Shown in pieces: positions 1 through 13,100 of a stretch of 64,000 nucleotides of DNA. Each line of letters begins with the position of its first letter. The first letter of the stretch is position 1. The stretch is from Enoplolaimus lenunculus (Eukaryota). The stretch spans positions 186,001 to 250,000 of the forward strand of contig JASANG010003696.1 in NCBI GenBank assembly GCA_030248215.1, written 5' to 3'. The notes below the pieces were generated by a model. That model worked only from the letters and a program-made list of their open reading frames with translations. It made no database searches and was not told the origin of the DNA. The translations under genes were made by a program, and so were the position numbers.

Positions 1-402
1 CTTCAAATTATTTTACAGTATATAACTCGGAAACGTACAAAACAGTCGCACAAAACATCACCATCATTCAACTTTGTTGTCTTTCCTAAAGTTGAAGCTT
101 GTATTATTCGCAAAAAAAATAATATTTGTAACATTTTAAAAAAATTTCTTACATTTAAGAAATATATGGTTTACTTTAAAAAGTATTTCTGTATTAACAG
201 ATGCAAAAAATTTTCGAAAAAATTTTGAAATGAAGTCTGAAAATCGTAGCACTAAAGAAAGAAATAAGCGTTTATTCGGCTATTTTTAGAAAAATTGTCT
301 TAAAATTAGAAATATTTTTCAGTTTAGTCGCTGAATTTATACGTTTCTGAATTATACTTCAGGAATACTTTTCTGTGTGTAGTTCTGTCACATTCTGGAG
401 TT

Positions 403-587
403 AGCCCATGTTACTTTAAGGGTCGTCCAGGTTTCTGGTGGGTCTATAAAAAGTAGGTTTACATTCTAGATTACATTTTTTCCTTAGGCTTAGGCTTGCT
501 GCTTAGGAACACATTTTACGCAGCGCTTAGCCTAAGGTTACGAATACGCCTAATCTAATGTTACGACCCCAAAAATTAACATTGGCC
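403..587. mobile_element. TTAGGC-containing MITE, family B (GCCCATGTTACTTT...CATTGGCC)
   Basis: Termini (A)GCCCATG / CATTGGCC, 8-bp TSD CTGGAGTT/CTGGGGTT, related copies at ~29005..29190 and ~36115..36287. Confidence 0.75.
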
Positions 588-1588
588 CTGGGGTTTAACA
601 GGGGTGTTCAGCTATGCAACAGTACTAAACCTGATATATTATGCAGTAAACACGCACTAAAGTTTGCCTAATACACATTAATCAACTTAGTCAAAATAGT
701 AAACCTAAATCGCCGTTTGTTCAAGAAGCGAAGGCTATTCGGCCACGCATATAAATGGTGGTACGGTGTTTTTAAAAGCCAAAACCTTTTTAAATATTTA
801 CAACCTTAGCTACTACTTCTGGTTTCAGTGGCGGATCCAGAAACTTCTGCTGGCCGAGACCTCACTCGATATATAATAGCGGAAAAGCTAACGAGCGAAG
901 CGAGCTAGAAACCATACACAATCTTAGTAGCGAAAAATTTCGATCAGTTTTGGTAGAAGATACAACTGAACGGTACCCACCGCCCACCTGAATCCACACC
1001 ACAAACTTGGTTTAGGTTACACTGTATAAGTTTGAAGGTTTTGCCAGAAAATCATGCTAAGACGACGTATACAAATTGTCACCCGGTGATCAGAAGTGTC
1101 ATAAGGTAGTGTTTTACGCTTGGCCAAATTAAAAATTTACACACGTCAATTTTTACTCAAAATTATTGCAATTGTTTGTGTTTTCGTTTGACATAAACAG
1201 ATGAAATTGGTTCATATTTTGATGCCAAATTTTTCCCAGTCTCTGTCGACGACAAATCTTTCCTCTCTGTATATGACAAAAAGGTTTTGCCCCGCGCTGG
1301 GTGTCACATTTTTATGAATGTTGTGAATTTCGAAACATTGTCAGTCGTTTGGGATTGCAATTTTATAAATTAATCCCCACCGCATTTTTGGTCACAAATT
1401 TCTGGATCTGCTTGTTGCATGTGAAAATTCATACATCATCTTCTTCTTGGTACCGTTTCCGCTAGGAAAAATGCAATCTAATTTCCATGTCTGGTCTAAA
1501 GTTTCTTTCAAGAATACAACAATAATATATTAAAACAGTATGTACAATTTGATCACATGGCTTGCTGCAACCTCAGTTATAAAAGCAT

Positions 1589-2152
1589 GGTCAATGTATA
1601 GAACTGTGTCGTAACAATGGTATGCGCATATTCGTAAGCTAAAGCCTAAGCCTAAGCGTAAGAATGAAGTTATGCGTAAACCTAAGCCTAAACGTAAGAA
1701 TGAGGTTATGCCTAAGCCTACGCCTAAGCGTAAGAATGAGGTTATGCCTAAACCTAAGCCTAAGCATAAGAATGAGGTTATGCCTAAGCCTAAGCCTAAG
1801 CGTAAGAATGAGGTTATGCCTAAGCCTAAGGCTAAGCGTAAGAACGAGGTCATACCTAAGCCTAAGCGTAAGAATGAGGTTATGCCTAAGCCTAAGCCTA
1901 AGCGTAAGAATGAGGTTATGCCTAAGCCTAAGCCTAAGCGTAACAAAGAGGTTATACCTAAACCTAAGCCTAAGCTTGTAAGAATTAGGTTATGCCCAAG
2001 CCTAAGCCTGAAAATGAGGTTATGCCTAAGCCTAAGCCTAAGCATAAAAATGAACTTATATCTAAGCCGAAGTAAAAAATTAGTCTAAAGCTTAACCTTG
2101 CTCTATTGCAGTCCCGCAAAAATACATTCTACCCCTATTCTTTACATGGGCT
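1589..2152. mobile_element. TTAGGC-containing MITE, family A, with an internal 36-bp tandem expansion
   Basis: GGTCAATGTATAGAAC...TTTACATGGGCT termini, TSD AAAAGCAT/AAAAGTAT, ~11 copies of CCTAAG-CCTAAG-CCTAAG-CGTAAG-AATGAG-GTTATG inside. Confidence 0.85.
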
Positions 2153-2918
2153 AAAAGTATCTCCAATATCTAAACAATACAAATCGTTTAAGATATAGAT
2201 TAATGTTGTCGTAATGCCATTTCTTAGAACCGCCGGCCGTTTGATGGCGATATTTTTAGCTCATACCTGTTTTCAACTATGCCGACGAAGTTGGCCTAAT
2301 GTACCTGTACATACTAACTAGAAACATACCCATATCATATCGAAACATATCTCTAACGTAAAATCTTGAGCTCCGCAGTTGGTATATTTCCTCTCAGTCC
2401 GCACAACGCGTTTTCAGTGCATTTTTAGTGATAAATTGATGAGGTCCCTACCTTACAATTTTTGCGTTTCATTATATCGCCAGAACGCCCCCACGTCAAA
2501 ACGTTTGGTTCCGCCTCTGCAAACACTGCACAACAAAGCAATTAAACCGAAGCTTTTTATATACTATTCAAATCAAGCAAAGTCCATCTTGTAACCAGCT
2601 GACATCCTAATAAAGCCAGTTATCCCCCAAAACCAATTTTAAGCCTGTTATGCAATCCTGACTTTACCCTTGTGAAATTTTCTAAACCCAAATCCTAGCG
2701 AGTTGAGCTGACTACTTGCGAGGTTATATTTGTAAACTTACTATTGTTATGTATTGCTCCACGGTTATGGAATAAATCATTTATAAAACCGTCAAAACTG
2801 AATTTAAATTATTAAGCAAATGGGTTCGGTAGTCCCAAGGAACCACTATATTTACATATATAATATATAATATATACATATATACAGACGGTATATACAA
2901 CAAAACATTGAAAAGAAA

Positions 2919-3060
2919 AGGGTCGGAGCAGTACCCCATGCCCCCACCTAGGGGGTCATCTCAAAGAGGGCCGCCACCCTAAGAATTGAAAACTATTTGA
3001 TTATCGCAAGGGGCTCTCACTTCCGATTTTGAGGGGGCATCTTAGTCTGCTCCGGCACTG
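2919..3060. mobile_element. Short TIR element (AGGGTCGGAGCAG...CTGCTCCGGCACTG)
   Basis: Terminal inverted repeat. A related copy with the same ends and GCCGCCACC core lies at 40109..40286. Confidence 0.55.
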
Positions 3061-4244
3061 AGTAGAAAGGAAAGAAATCGGGATTGTAGTGTTATTGGCA
3101 ATGCGCAGGGCGCAGCGGATATGCAGTACTAAGTTACTGGTGTTATGGAATAACGGGAAAGCTTGGGATTTCCAGGAAACCTGGGGAAGCGTAGTTTAGT
3201 AAATCTAACCGGGTTAGGTTTGCGATTCTACATAAAATTTAAGCCACTCTAACGGGGTTAGATTGATCGGAAATTTGGTGTATCTCTAACGAGGTTAAAG
3301 TGCACGGTTCTGATTTGTTGGTAATTTTGGAAGTGTAATTCTAACGGGGTTAGGATTGCACAGTTTACTGGGGAACTCGGAAATATTGGTAAAATTGTGA
3401 GCCAGTGGCTGGATTAAACAAATTTAAGCACAGTTCACAAGGATTTCCGATGAGGCTACAAGTTGAATATTTTACCTATGTCTTACTTGTTCATATTCGG
3501 TGTTATATCGGTATCAGGGTGGGGCAATAAACAGTTACCGGCCGCGTCACTGAATCAGAGTGATACGCATAACACCGGGACAAATTCAGAGTTGCGATTC
3601 AGGGGGCTCTTTAACTAGCAAAATCACGAACTTCTCACAATGATAAGAAAACTAAGCACAAGATATTTTTAGTTTGCTATGGAGGGACCCAAAATTATAC
3701 GAGGCCAGAAATTTTAGGAGGCATGAGGAATTTTCGTATAATATACATGTGGCTAAAATCTGACCAAGGTACGCACGACGTTTAAGATTGCCGGCACCGT
3801 TCCGCTGAACACTTTCTTGTCAATAGACTAGTCCTAGATGCACTTTGATGAAATCAAGTCACAGGTCCAAATGGAGCAAAGGATACTGGTGCAGGCTTTT
3901 AGAATGCAAATATTGTCATACCGTCAATTGGAAAAACACTCATTTACACTAATATTTCTAAAAACTGTCTATCAATCCAAAATAGAGGACAGCATCTAGA
4001 AACGCCCCAAAAAGCTTATACCAATGCAATATACATCAAGAAGCAGTTTTATCGGCTTTTTTCTCAAACAAATCTGCTTTGCTTACCCAACCATAAACTG
4101 TTCGCTTAAAAGGTAATAAAAACCTTGACGTAATCATTCAAACTTTCGCGGAGCCAGCAAGTAATGTTCAAGACATACAGTACAATATATATAAATATAT
4201 ATAAATATATATGTATATATATACATATATAGATCTATACATAT

Positions 4245-4420
4245 CAGTGTGCAACGGGAATTCCGGTTCCGGCAATTTTTGACTTTCCGGTTCCGGTAAA
4301 TTTTCACCGGAATTAAAATAATTAAAATGAATTTTTCGGTGATTTTTTATTTTCCGGTTCCGTTTCCGCTAATTTTTTCAAATTCCAGTTCCGGTAAATT
4401 GTAATTCCGGTTACACCCTG
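4245..4420. mobile_element. Short hAT-type MITE of the CAGGGTGCAACCGGA family
   Basis: CAGTGTGCAACGGGAATT...TCCGGTTACACCCTG TIRs, TTCCGG subterminal repeats, flanks ATACATAT/ATATATAT. Confidence 0.7.
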
Positions 4421-4490
4421 ATATATATCCTGTTCCAATATCAGCTTTGATTTTCATGTTTCATTTTCCTATAGTAGTCAAATGAAAATA

Positions 4491-4696
4491 AGCACAACAT
4501 GTATAGAACAGGGCCGGAACAGTAGTATACGCATATTCCTAAGCCTAAGCCTATTCCTAAGCGTAATAACGAGCCTATTCCTAAGCCTAAGAATAAGCTT
4601 AAGCCTAAGTCTATGCAAACAAGTTAGTCTAAAGCTTAAACTGACTCTATTGCCGCCACGCCGGAAAACGATCCGGTCGTGATCTATACATGGGTC
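4491..4696. mobile_element. TTAGGC-containing MITE, family A
   Basis: ATGTATAGAACAGGGCCGGAAC start, CCTAAG repeats, TAGTCTAAAGCTTAA core, ATCTATACATGGGTC end. Confidence 0.7.
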
Positions 4697-6738
4697 TCAT
4701 TTTCTAAATTCTGAACCATATCAGAAAACCTCACTTTTAACCAGAGCCAGAGGTCGATTTTCTGACGGAGCTGTAGCCGGAAGTGGACATCCGGTTGTAC
4801 TCTGCCTTATACTTTAAACCGTAAACGATTCGCAAACCCACCTGCCTATGAGTTTAACGCGAAAAAAAACCTAATAGCATACAGGTTCCAACATTGAAGT
4901 ATAAAATTTTTAATTGCATTTTAACAATACAAAAAGAAACCGTTTTACCCAATTTGACTTGAAAACGTGAAAAAAGCGTAATAATCATGGTATATGACCG
5001 GTACAATGGTTCATAAATACATTTTATTGTGTACGCATACAATGTTAACCAGTTGGAGACACGGGCCAAGTTATTTTATCAACCATTTGCCAAAAATCAG
5101 TAACTTTGCCACATTATCGTCACAAAATGTCAAACCAAAATTGTTGACATTAAAAATTAGTTAAATTTTTAAAAAAATTGGCAATCCCCTCAGTTCGACC
5201 GATATCACTACGGCAGGCGTTTAATCTTTATTAGCCGTTCAGTAGAACGGCAACGGCTGATCAGTTGGCTGTCTCAGAGTTCATTTCAGTCCAATATAAT
5301 TAAACCCATGAATACCACCAGACACCGTAAAACTGTTTGATTTGTGCCGTATATAAATGCCAACGGTACAAAATTGACTCGTAGCATTGTTCAATTTGAA
5401 ATCATGCCAATATTCACAACGCCTACTGTAGTGACTCGAATAAGAGAGGGGACTGATATTTATTGCGCTTCTCCAGGGAGTATATACTCTCCTCGATATT
5501 CTGATTACGGACTGCTCTTTATTTTTAATTTATCCCATAATTGCTCCCTTTAAACATTTGTTCTTTTGGGCGAATCTCCGAAGCATTTTTGTGAATTGTG
5601 TCATGACCGGTAATCTCTTTCTGAATTTAATATTTGAGCAGAGTAGGCCATTCTCCGGCCTTGATGTGTTCCATGAATTCTTGTTAGAATTTATGGACTC
5701 TATCCACCGGACTCTAATTATGAATTCAGGCTCCTACTGATTAGAACTGCAAATGGGGACTCCCTATTCTCCCATACTCTTATTCTCGCCACCACAGCAT
5801 GTGCCCTACAGCAAACTAGGCATGTAGCCAGCTCAGCAACAAGTTAGGAAGGGTTAAAAAATTTTCAGAACGGTATGAGGCCTAAGACTACTCCTGAGCC
5901 TAATTGTAGAAAAAATGAAACCTAAGTCTAAGCCTAACGTTAGCCTAATTGAAACTGCTATTACATAAAATAACAGACAAGCCTAGGCCAATTGGTAATT
6001 GGCCTGAATAGCATATTGGCCTACAACATATACATTATTTAGAAATAAAAACAAAAACAGCCTGATGTTTTGTAGATAAAAAAGTATTAAGATTTACATT
6101 AATTAAGGTAAATGTTTAAAAACCAATTCGTTTACGGACCAGAAAAGATATCGCCTATAAAAGTATCGGCCAATGTATAAAACCGAGTCGTAAAAGTAGA
6201 ATATGCAATGCATAGAACGGGACCGTATCAGTAGTATCAGCATATTCCTTAGCCTAAGTCTAAGCGTAAAGCTTTAGCGTAAAAATACCTAAACCTAAGC
6301 CTAAGCAAAAAATAGTCTAAAGATCAAGCTTACTCTATTGCCATTCCACAGAAAAACGTTCCATACCAATTATTCAGAGGGGGTTGCTTGTGTTGGTTTA
6401 CAAACTGAAAAACTATTTACACTGTAAATTCCAGTGAGTTAATTAAATTAACTGCGACAGAATTAGTTATTTCTGGTTACTTCTGAGTTAATAACAGTAA
6501 ATATTGACATTTTTGTGGCAGTAGGTTTTCTCAAAAAATCAAATGTATTCCAAATATCTACAATACTCAATTGGATACACAACTAGCAGTCGAAAACTTA
6601 AACAAAAAGTCCTAATTAGTCAAAGAAGATTCGTAGTACCGGAGCTTGGAATACGGGTCAACATTATCAAACTAAACGGAAAATTCAAGAGTTCACGAAT
6701 TATTAAAAAAAGCAACACAATAATTTCTTCGCAATTTT

Positions 6739-6911
6739 GGACCATGTATGAAACAGGGCCGGAACAGAAGTACAAGCATATTCCTAAGCCTAAGCCTAAG
6801 CGTAAGGATGAGCCTATTCCTAAGCCTAAGCAACAAAATTAGTTTTAAGCTTAAGTTGACTCTAACATAGCCCCTGGGGAAAACGACCCGGCCCCGTTCT
6901 ATACTTGGGCC
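6739..6911. mobile_element. TTAGGC-containing MITE, family A
   Basis: Perfect 8-bp TSD GCAATTTT (6731..6738 and 6912..6919), family termini and CCTAAG repeats. Confidence 0.85.
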
Positions 6912-7444
6912 GCAATTTTCAACTATTCCACAACTTTCATCCCCTCTACCCTTGCTCGTGTTCCGTTTCGCGTTTTAATTTAATGCTATCAAGAGTCGAC
7001 CCATGTAAAAATAAGGAGCGAAAAGTGATGCTTGGTTTAGATATATTTTTCGTTTAAAAGTTTGGCCCAAAACACTATGAAAAACCTAAAAAAAGTTAAG
7101 CTAATATATATAAAATAAAGAAAATATATCTACACCTATTATGTTTTGCTGTTTACCGAACGAAACATGAAACTTTGTCATATTAGCAATGCAAATAATT
7201 GCCAAGCGCATACTGCTACTGTTCCTATGTTTTCTCGAAAGGAACACCAGACATTAACTTAATCATGACATTTTTTCTGCGTGAGAACACTTTCAATATT
7301 AAACATTTCAGTTAGGTATGCGAGGATATTAATCAAGTTAAACGAAGCAGATCAGAACAAATAAGTCCAGGTGTTTCTATACGACAACCTAATTTTTATG
7401 AAAATTTACGCCGGAACATAATGCAATTTCCACAACAACTTGCG

Positions 7445-7640
7445 TACACCAAGTGACTTTTGAGGGGGTAGTGTCTTGGTAACTGAAGCCAAACAAGCTT
7501 CAGGATCCTGAACGTTGAAGCCAAAAAGCTTCAGTATCCTGGACACTGAAGCATTTTTTGCTTGAGCATCCTTCACACTGAAGCTTTTTGGCTTCAACGT
7601 CCGTCCAGGATGCTGAAGCCAAAAATGCTTCAGTATGCAG
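7445..7640. repeat. Array of ~5 TGAAGC-N7/8-GCTTCA hairpin repeats, probably transposon subterminal repeats
   Basis: Repeated palindromes with ~31-37 bp spacing. The leading segment TACACCAAGTGACTTTTGAGGGGGTAGTGT resembles 30878..30922. Confidence 0.5.
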
Positions 7641-10103
7641 GATATAATCTAGGCTTAGGAATACGCTTAAATTACTGTTACGCCACTAAACGTTGACCCC
7701 TCATATTGTAATAAATTTTTTACATCAACTATGCAGAAGGGTACGCTAAACCTGATATGCTTGGACGTTATCCACTCGTAAAGGCTCAGCAGAAGTTATC
7801 CCTGTGGATGCGCCCCTGGCTGTCACCTGAACCCCTTGCCATTTTAGACGTCGCAAAGCTAAATGGGGACGGCGCACCATAATTACCTGCATTTACCTCC
7901 CAATGCCCACCGGCACTAAAATCAAATGTTGAACCCTATATATAAATTATATGTACATGTATATTTATACAAATAAGCGCTCTAAAATGTTCAATGTGCA
8001 AATCCTAGTATCATATAACAGAACGATTTGGTTGTTACTTCAAGTATGCAGACAATTGTTACTGTATCGCTGTCCCCACCAGAAACTAGGACGATCCCAA
8101 TGTTAACATGGACCGCCACTATTTTTCAGGCCAACACACCATACGTCCAAATTAGCTCCCAATACAAGAACACTAAGTATGTTTACTTCCTAAAATTAGT
8201 GGTAGTATCCATCACTGTGTTATTAGTAAACAATTATTCAGATTTTGCATCACAAAAGGTCTCAAAATCACAAAAACACAAACTTCACAGACCACACCGT
8301 TTTACTAAGCCATATATACCGGTAGACCGAGTTTATTATTTGTAATAGTTTATATTTTATGAATTTTAAATTTTTAAAATTTCAAAAAAGCCAAATAAAA
8401 AACAAAAAGCGGCAAGTTTTCAACAAAATATATGAGACAACAAATATTGCTCGAAAAGAGTGACTCCACAGTTTGCAAATCTCTTTTATTTGCACATCTC
8501 GCAATTTAAAACATTAAAATGCACTTAATAAAACACGTTCCAATGTCACAGAATCGGTTATTACACGAGAAAGCAAACATAACCACATAACAAAATAACA
8601 TTGCCCGCGAGGCTCCGTATATACAGCATACATCAATCATTTTGTGTCATGAGCGCTAATTCTAATTACGCAACGTATCTGTCGAAAAACCCACAATGCC
8701 TTTTACTTACAGCCCATGTTATTCCCATTCCTTAAACTACGTACGGTTCACTCTATTCAAGGATCTTTTCACCGAAAAATCATGAATACTGTTATATCAG
8801 CAGTTTATACGATTCAATATTGTTACCTATCAACATATTTGCTATTAGAGATAGAATTTGTAGCCACACCGCCGTAAATCTTCGTGACAAGCTAAAAACA
8901 ACAGTATTTCTAAACACAGTAGCTTTAGCTTCAATGCTACTGTGAACATTCACAAGTTAGCATCTCACAAATGACAATACGAACATAGCCAGACTGTTTA
9001 CAACAGTCTTATACAAAATCATGACCGTAAACAATCATAAAGTTTCAAGTACATTTAATACACGTTCCCATACAAGAACAGTTCTGTGTAGTCAACTGTG
9101 CATAGCATTTATCATCAGTTAGTTAATGGATTTGAAACAAGACAACTATCACTACTAAGAATGTGGACAACATTAACACCGGCCGACTCATCTAGCATAC
9201 AGAAATTTTTCGAAACATAAATCTCACTGACAAATTGGATATATATAAATATATATACAATTCCTGCTGAACAAGTTTAAATATAACTTTTTAGAATTAA
9301 GTGAAAAATCAAACGCAAAAACAAACAAAATATAAGTTCACGGCATAACAAATCAATTTTGAAACTTAGCCTCCCAAAACCAGATTGTAGCAAATTGCCG
9401 GTTGGTTGTATACAAATTTTAAAATGTCCGCTTAAAACAAAACTTACAATGACCACACATTAAATGAACAAACTGCACCAATGTAATGTTTCAGCACTAT
9501 TCAAGAGTCCCGGGTTCAGATTTTAGCCAATAAATGGAAAAAACAACATAATATTGCGCAAGCCTTTAGTTGACTGTCTGAAAAAATATACCTGGGCTGA
9601 AACGGGATATTACAGTTTTACTCAAGCTTGAGCCCATTCCCTACGGTACACATCGGAATAAGTTAACGATCGACATTCGACAGCACTCAATTTAGCAACT
9701 TGTTGCGTAAATTTATAAACATTGATCTTATTTGTTCAAAACTAGAACTATAAAATTTCGTCACACTAAGCAAAACTCACTCGGCGATATATTTTTATAT
9801 TCCAAACATACCAACAATACATAATATAAGCACACATATTGCCACCAAACTGTTGTATCTAAACTGTGGTGGTAGTACACTACCAGCCTGGTCACAACTT
9901 AATCATACCAATCGTACCCCCTGCCACACAAATTACATCATTATAGCACAGACGCATAGCCAGGATTTTTAACTGGGATAGGTCAATGGAACGAGGAGTG
10001 ACAGAAAATGTTGAACCCCCAGCCCCCAATACCTGGCCGCGCGCCTGGCATTGTACCAAACCACAATCATAACAAAAATTAAATTGTTATTCCGTATTTT
10101 TCC

Positions 10104-13100
10104 CTAATTACTCAACGTACTCAACTCTGAGAACCGATTCGAAGTTTCTGTCGTTGGGCCAGTCGTTGCTGCTGCACGCATGCTACTCGCTGGCGGTTGC
10201 GGTGACTCACTGTGGGTCGTCGGTTTTTGTTTATGAGGTGGTACGTAGACGCCTTCCTTTTGAGGTGCCGGGACAGCCGTGCTCGTTGATTGCAACTGCG
10301 GTGAAGACGGGGGCTGTGCAGCCCGACGCCATGACGCTGAATCGCTTCCGGTTCCGGGTGATTGACCAGTAACAGCGACAGATGGCATATTTCCGCCAGC
10401 AGTTATTGTTGCCGCTGGACGACGTGGAGGACCAGATGACAGCACCCGTGATTGATCACGTGTCAGATATGAACCACCGCTACCATCACCCGTGTTCGGG
10501 CTACTATTTCCACCAACTAACCTAGTACGTCTATTTGCGGTTGACCATGGAGTTGTTGCTTCGTTAGAAGCGGTTTGTGATTGCCCGGCAGCCTCCGATT
10601 CTCCCGGCAGCGCCGGATTTGGCACATGTTGCATGCTAAAATGAAAAATTTACAATACAATATCCTTGTTTCTGAAATCCTACTTAAGTACGACTTCATC
10701 CTTAAGCATGTGCTACACAATTATGTACTTAACCATTATCGTTTCTAAAAGCATAATTAAGCTACGTAATACTTAAATCACTGACCAAAATTCATATCTG
10801 TGTTCTACTCAGAAAAGTATGTATTTACTCAAGTACATTTCTTAAGTAATTACTTAAGCATAGCTTAAACTAATATTCATGCAAGGTTTCAAAAACCCGA
10901 CAAAACATACGTAATAGTTTCTTACAGAATATTCCCTAACCCGGTTGGCAACGGATCCGGCTGCGGGGTAACTATACCTTCAATTCGACGACTTACACTT
11001 TTTTCTGTTGCTTCTCAAACTCCTCGGCTTCGATCGTATCAGCATCGCCGAGACTCGGAAATTGCATTGCGTCGCTCAAATTTGGTGTTACCACCGACAT
11101 ACCACCAACTCCTTGTCCTTTAGTCGAATTTGCGTGTACGCGCGGCGACGTTGCTGCGAGACCGCGTTCGTGCGGCGGTCGATATTTCTGTACTTTCGGT
11201 TCCGCTACAACAGCTGGCGGCAATTCTTTGTTTGCTTCGATTTCAGGCTCACCGGATTGAACATTGCGTTTTTCTGTATCTTTGTTGCCTTCAGCGATTT
11301 TATCATCTTTCGTAATATCTTTGCTAGCCGATACCAAATTTCCATTTTCAACCGTTTGGTTCACCGTTTCCTTAGAATCTAAAAACAAAACAACATAATA
11401 TGCACTCCCAAAGCAAACTTATCTTCAATTATGAAATTTTTGTGAAAAATGACCACTATTAATGTACGCTCTACACCATGCTGAAACTAAGACATTGCAA
11501 TGCAACTGTGCCATACTGCATCAAAAACGGAATTATATAAGTTGAATGAATTGGTTATATATTAGTATATCCATCCAACAGGTAATACATACCTTTTTCT
11601 GAAAGCAAAACCAAAACATTGTAAAATACGTACTTCGCAACTAAATTATACTAACCGTCTGGCATGTCTATATTCCATCGTTTCGGCTGAGCTACTGTCT
11701 GTGCATTGTCCAGTTCAGCAAGTTGAACATCTCTGCAATTAGAATGCAACCTATTTATTACAGGGATGGGAGTCTCAATAGCAAGTTAAGACCGATATTG
11801 AGACTATGTGCTTGAGACTGAAAACTGAAATATTTCTCAGAAAATCCTTGTGTTAAATTCTGAACGTCTTATTTCTTCGGACCAACAGGACCGGTCTTAA
11901 CAAAGTGTGTGGCCCCAGTGAGCAATATCGCAAGCTGCTCACCCAAAAATCGTTTCAAAAATTTACCCGGGTAAGTTTTGTACCTAGTGCGCTACCGCGC
12001 GGCTCCTAGGGCCGCTATGCGCATCCACCAACCATTAAGGTTTTGTCCAGATCCCTCTGGATCACTCCCACAGTGGATTAAGCCTATTGGTATGCTACGC
12101 CGTTTAATTTTTAATGCGTACAAAGAACGACACGTGTCTAATTTACTGCCTGAAATTTAATGAACTGGCCAACGAATCTGCACATCGAAAAGTCAGAAAC
12201 AAAACTTCTAACAATTTCCTGTATATAATTATATAATTACGTAATAAGTCAATTTACGCAAATTCATTAAAAAGATAAAAAATAGAACTCTGGATGGATA
12301 CATTTTCGATATATGTGCAGTATTCGCATTTTTGCTAGAACCAATATAGAAAGTTTCAGCTTATAAACATGAGATTTGCGAAAGTTGAGGCTGAGACTGC
12401 TCGAGTCTGAGATTTTCGAGACTTCAGTCAGATACTCTAACCTCTATTTGGATTAAATCAGCTTACAGGGACTTTGTCAACAAGGTAAAAACTATCTTAA
12501 ACTATCAAACCCAATGCTTAGTGAAAATGAAAAATAAAATAGGATTACTCCTGATCATAATCTTTAATATTTAGTTTGCCCAAATCAACATCAACTTCTT
12601 CGGTATATTCAATCCATTCGGAATCTTCGTGAGCATTTGGCTAAACAGCACGAATAATGGGACTTGTACATATACACACGGTATGTATATATTTATACGT
12701 GATCGTCAACATATTGTGAGAATTTAGCAGGGTGCCAAACCAGACTAAATTATACAGGAATTAAAACAGTAATTTTACACCGGAATCGGTATACACTAGA
12801 ATTTACATTAGTTGGAGAACGCAAGAATCTGAATTTTTAACGGTGTTATGTCAAATCTTTTAAACATTAAAAGATTTTATAGTTGCAAAACAATTAGTCA
12901 AGTTTGATGCGTTCTTCTCGTTCAGTTTAGCTATAAGCGGTTAAACAGAAATATGTTTGGTGAATGATGTTGTACTTGTACGAGTATGAAAATGAAAAAG
13001 ACATTGTGAAAATTTTGCTGACGGTATGTTTTTGACCGGCTTACTAAAAAGAAAAACAGTACGTAATTCGATATTGAAAATTATTTAAATTTTCGGTTCC

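Noticed and set aside
1530..2088. ORFs encoding [10 protein letters not shown] / LRLGLG repeats
   Set aside because: Translation artefacts of the TTAGGC-derived 36-bp repeat inside a MITE.
3204..3354. CRISPR-like repeat-spacer pattern
   Set aside because: Repeats are only ~15 bp, spacing is irregular, the context is eukaryotic and there are no cas genes.
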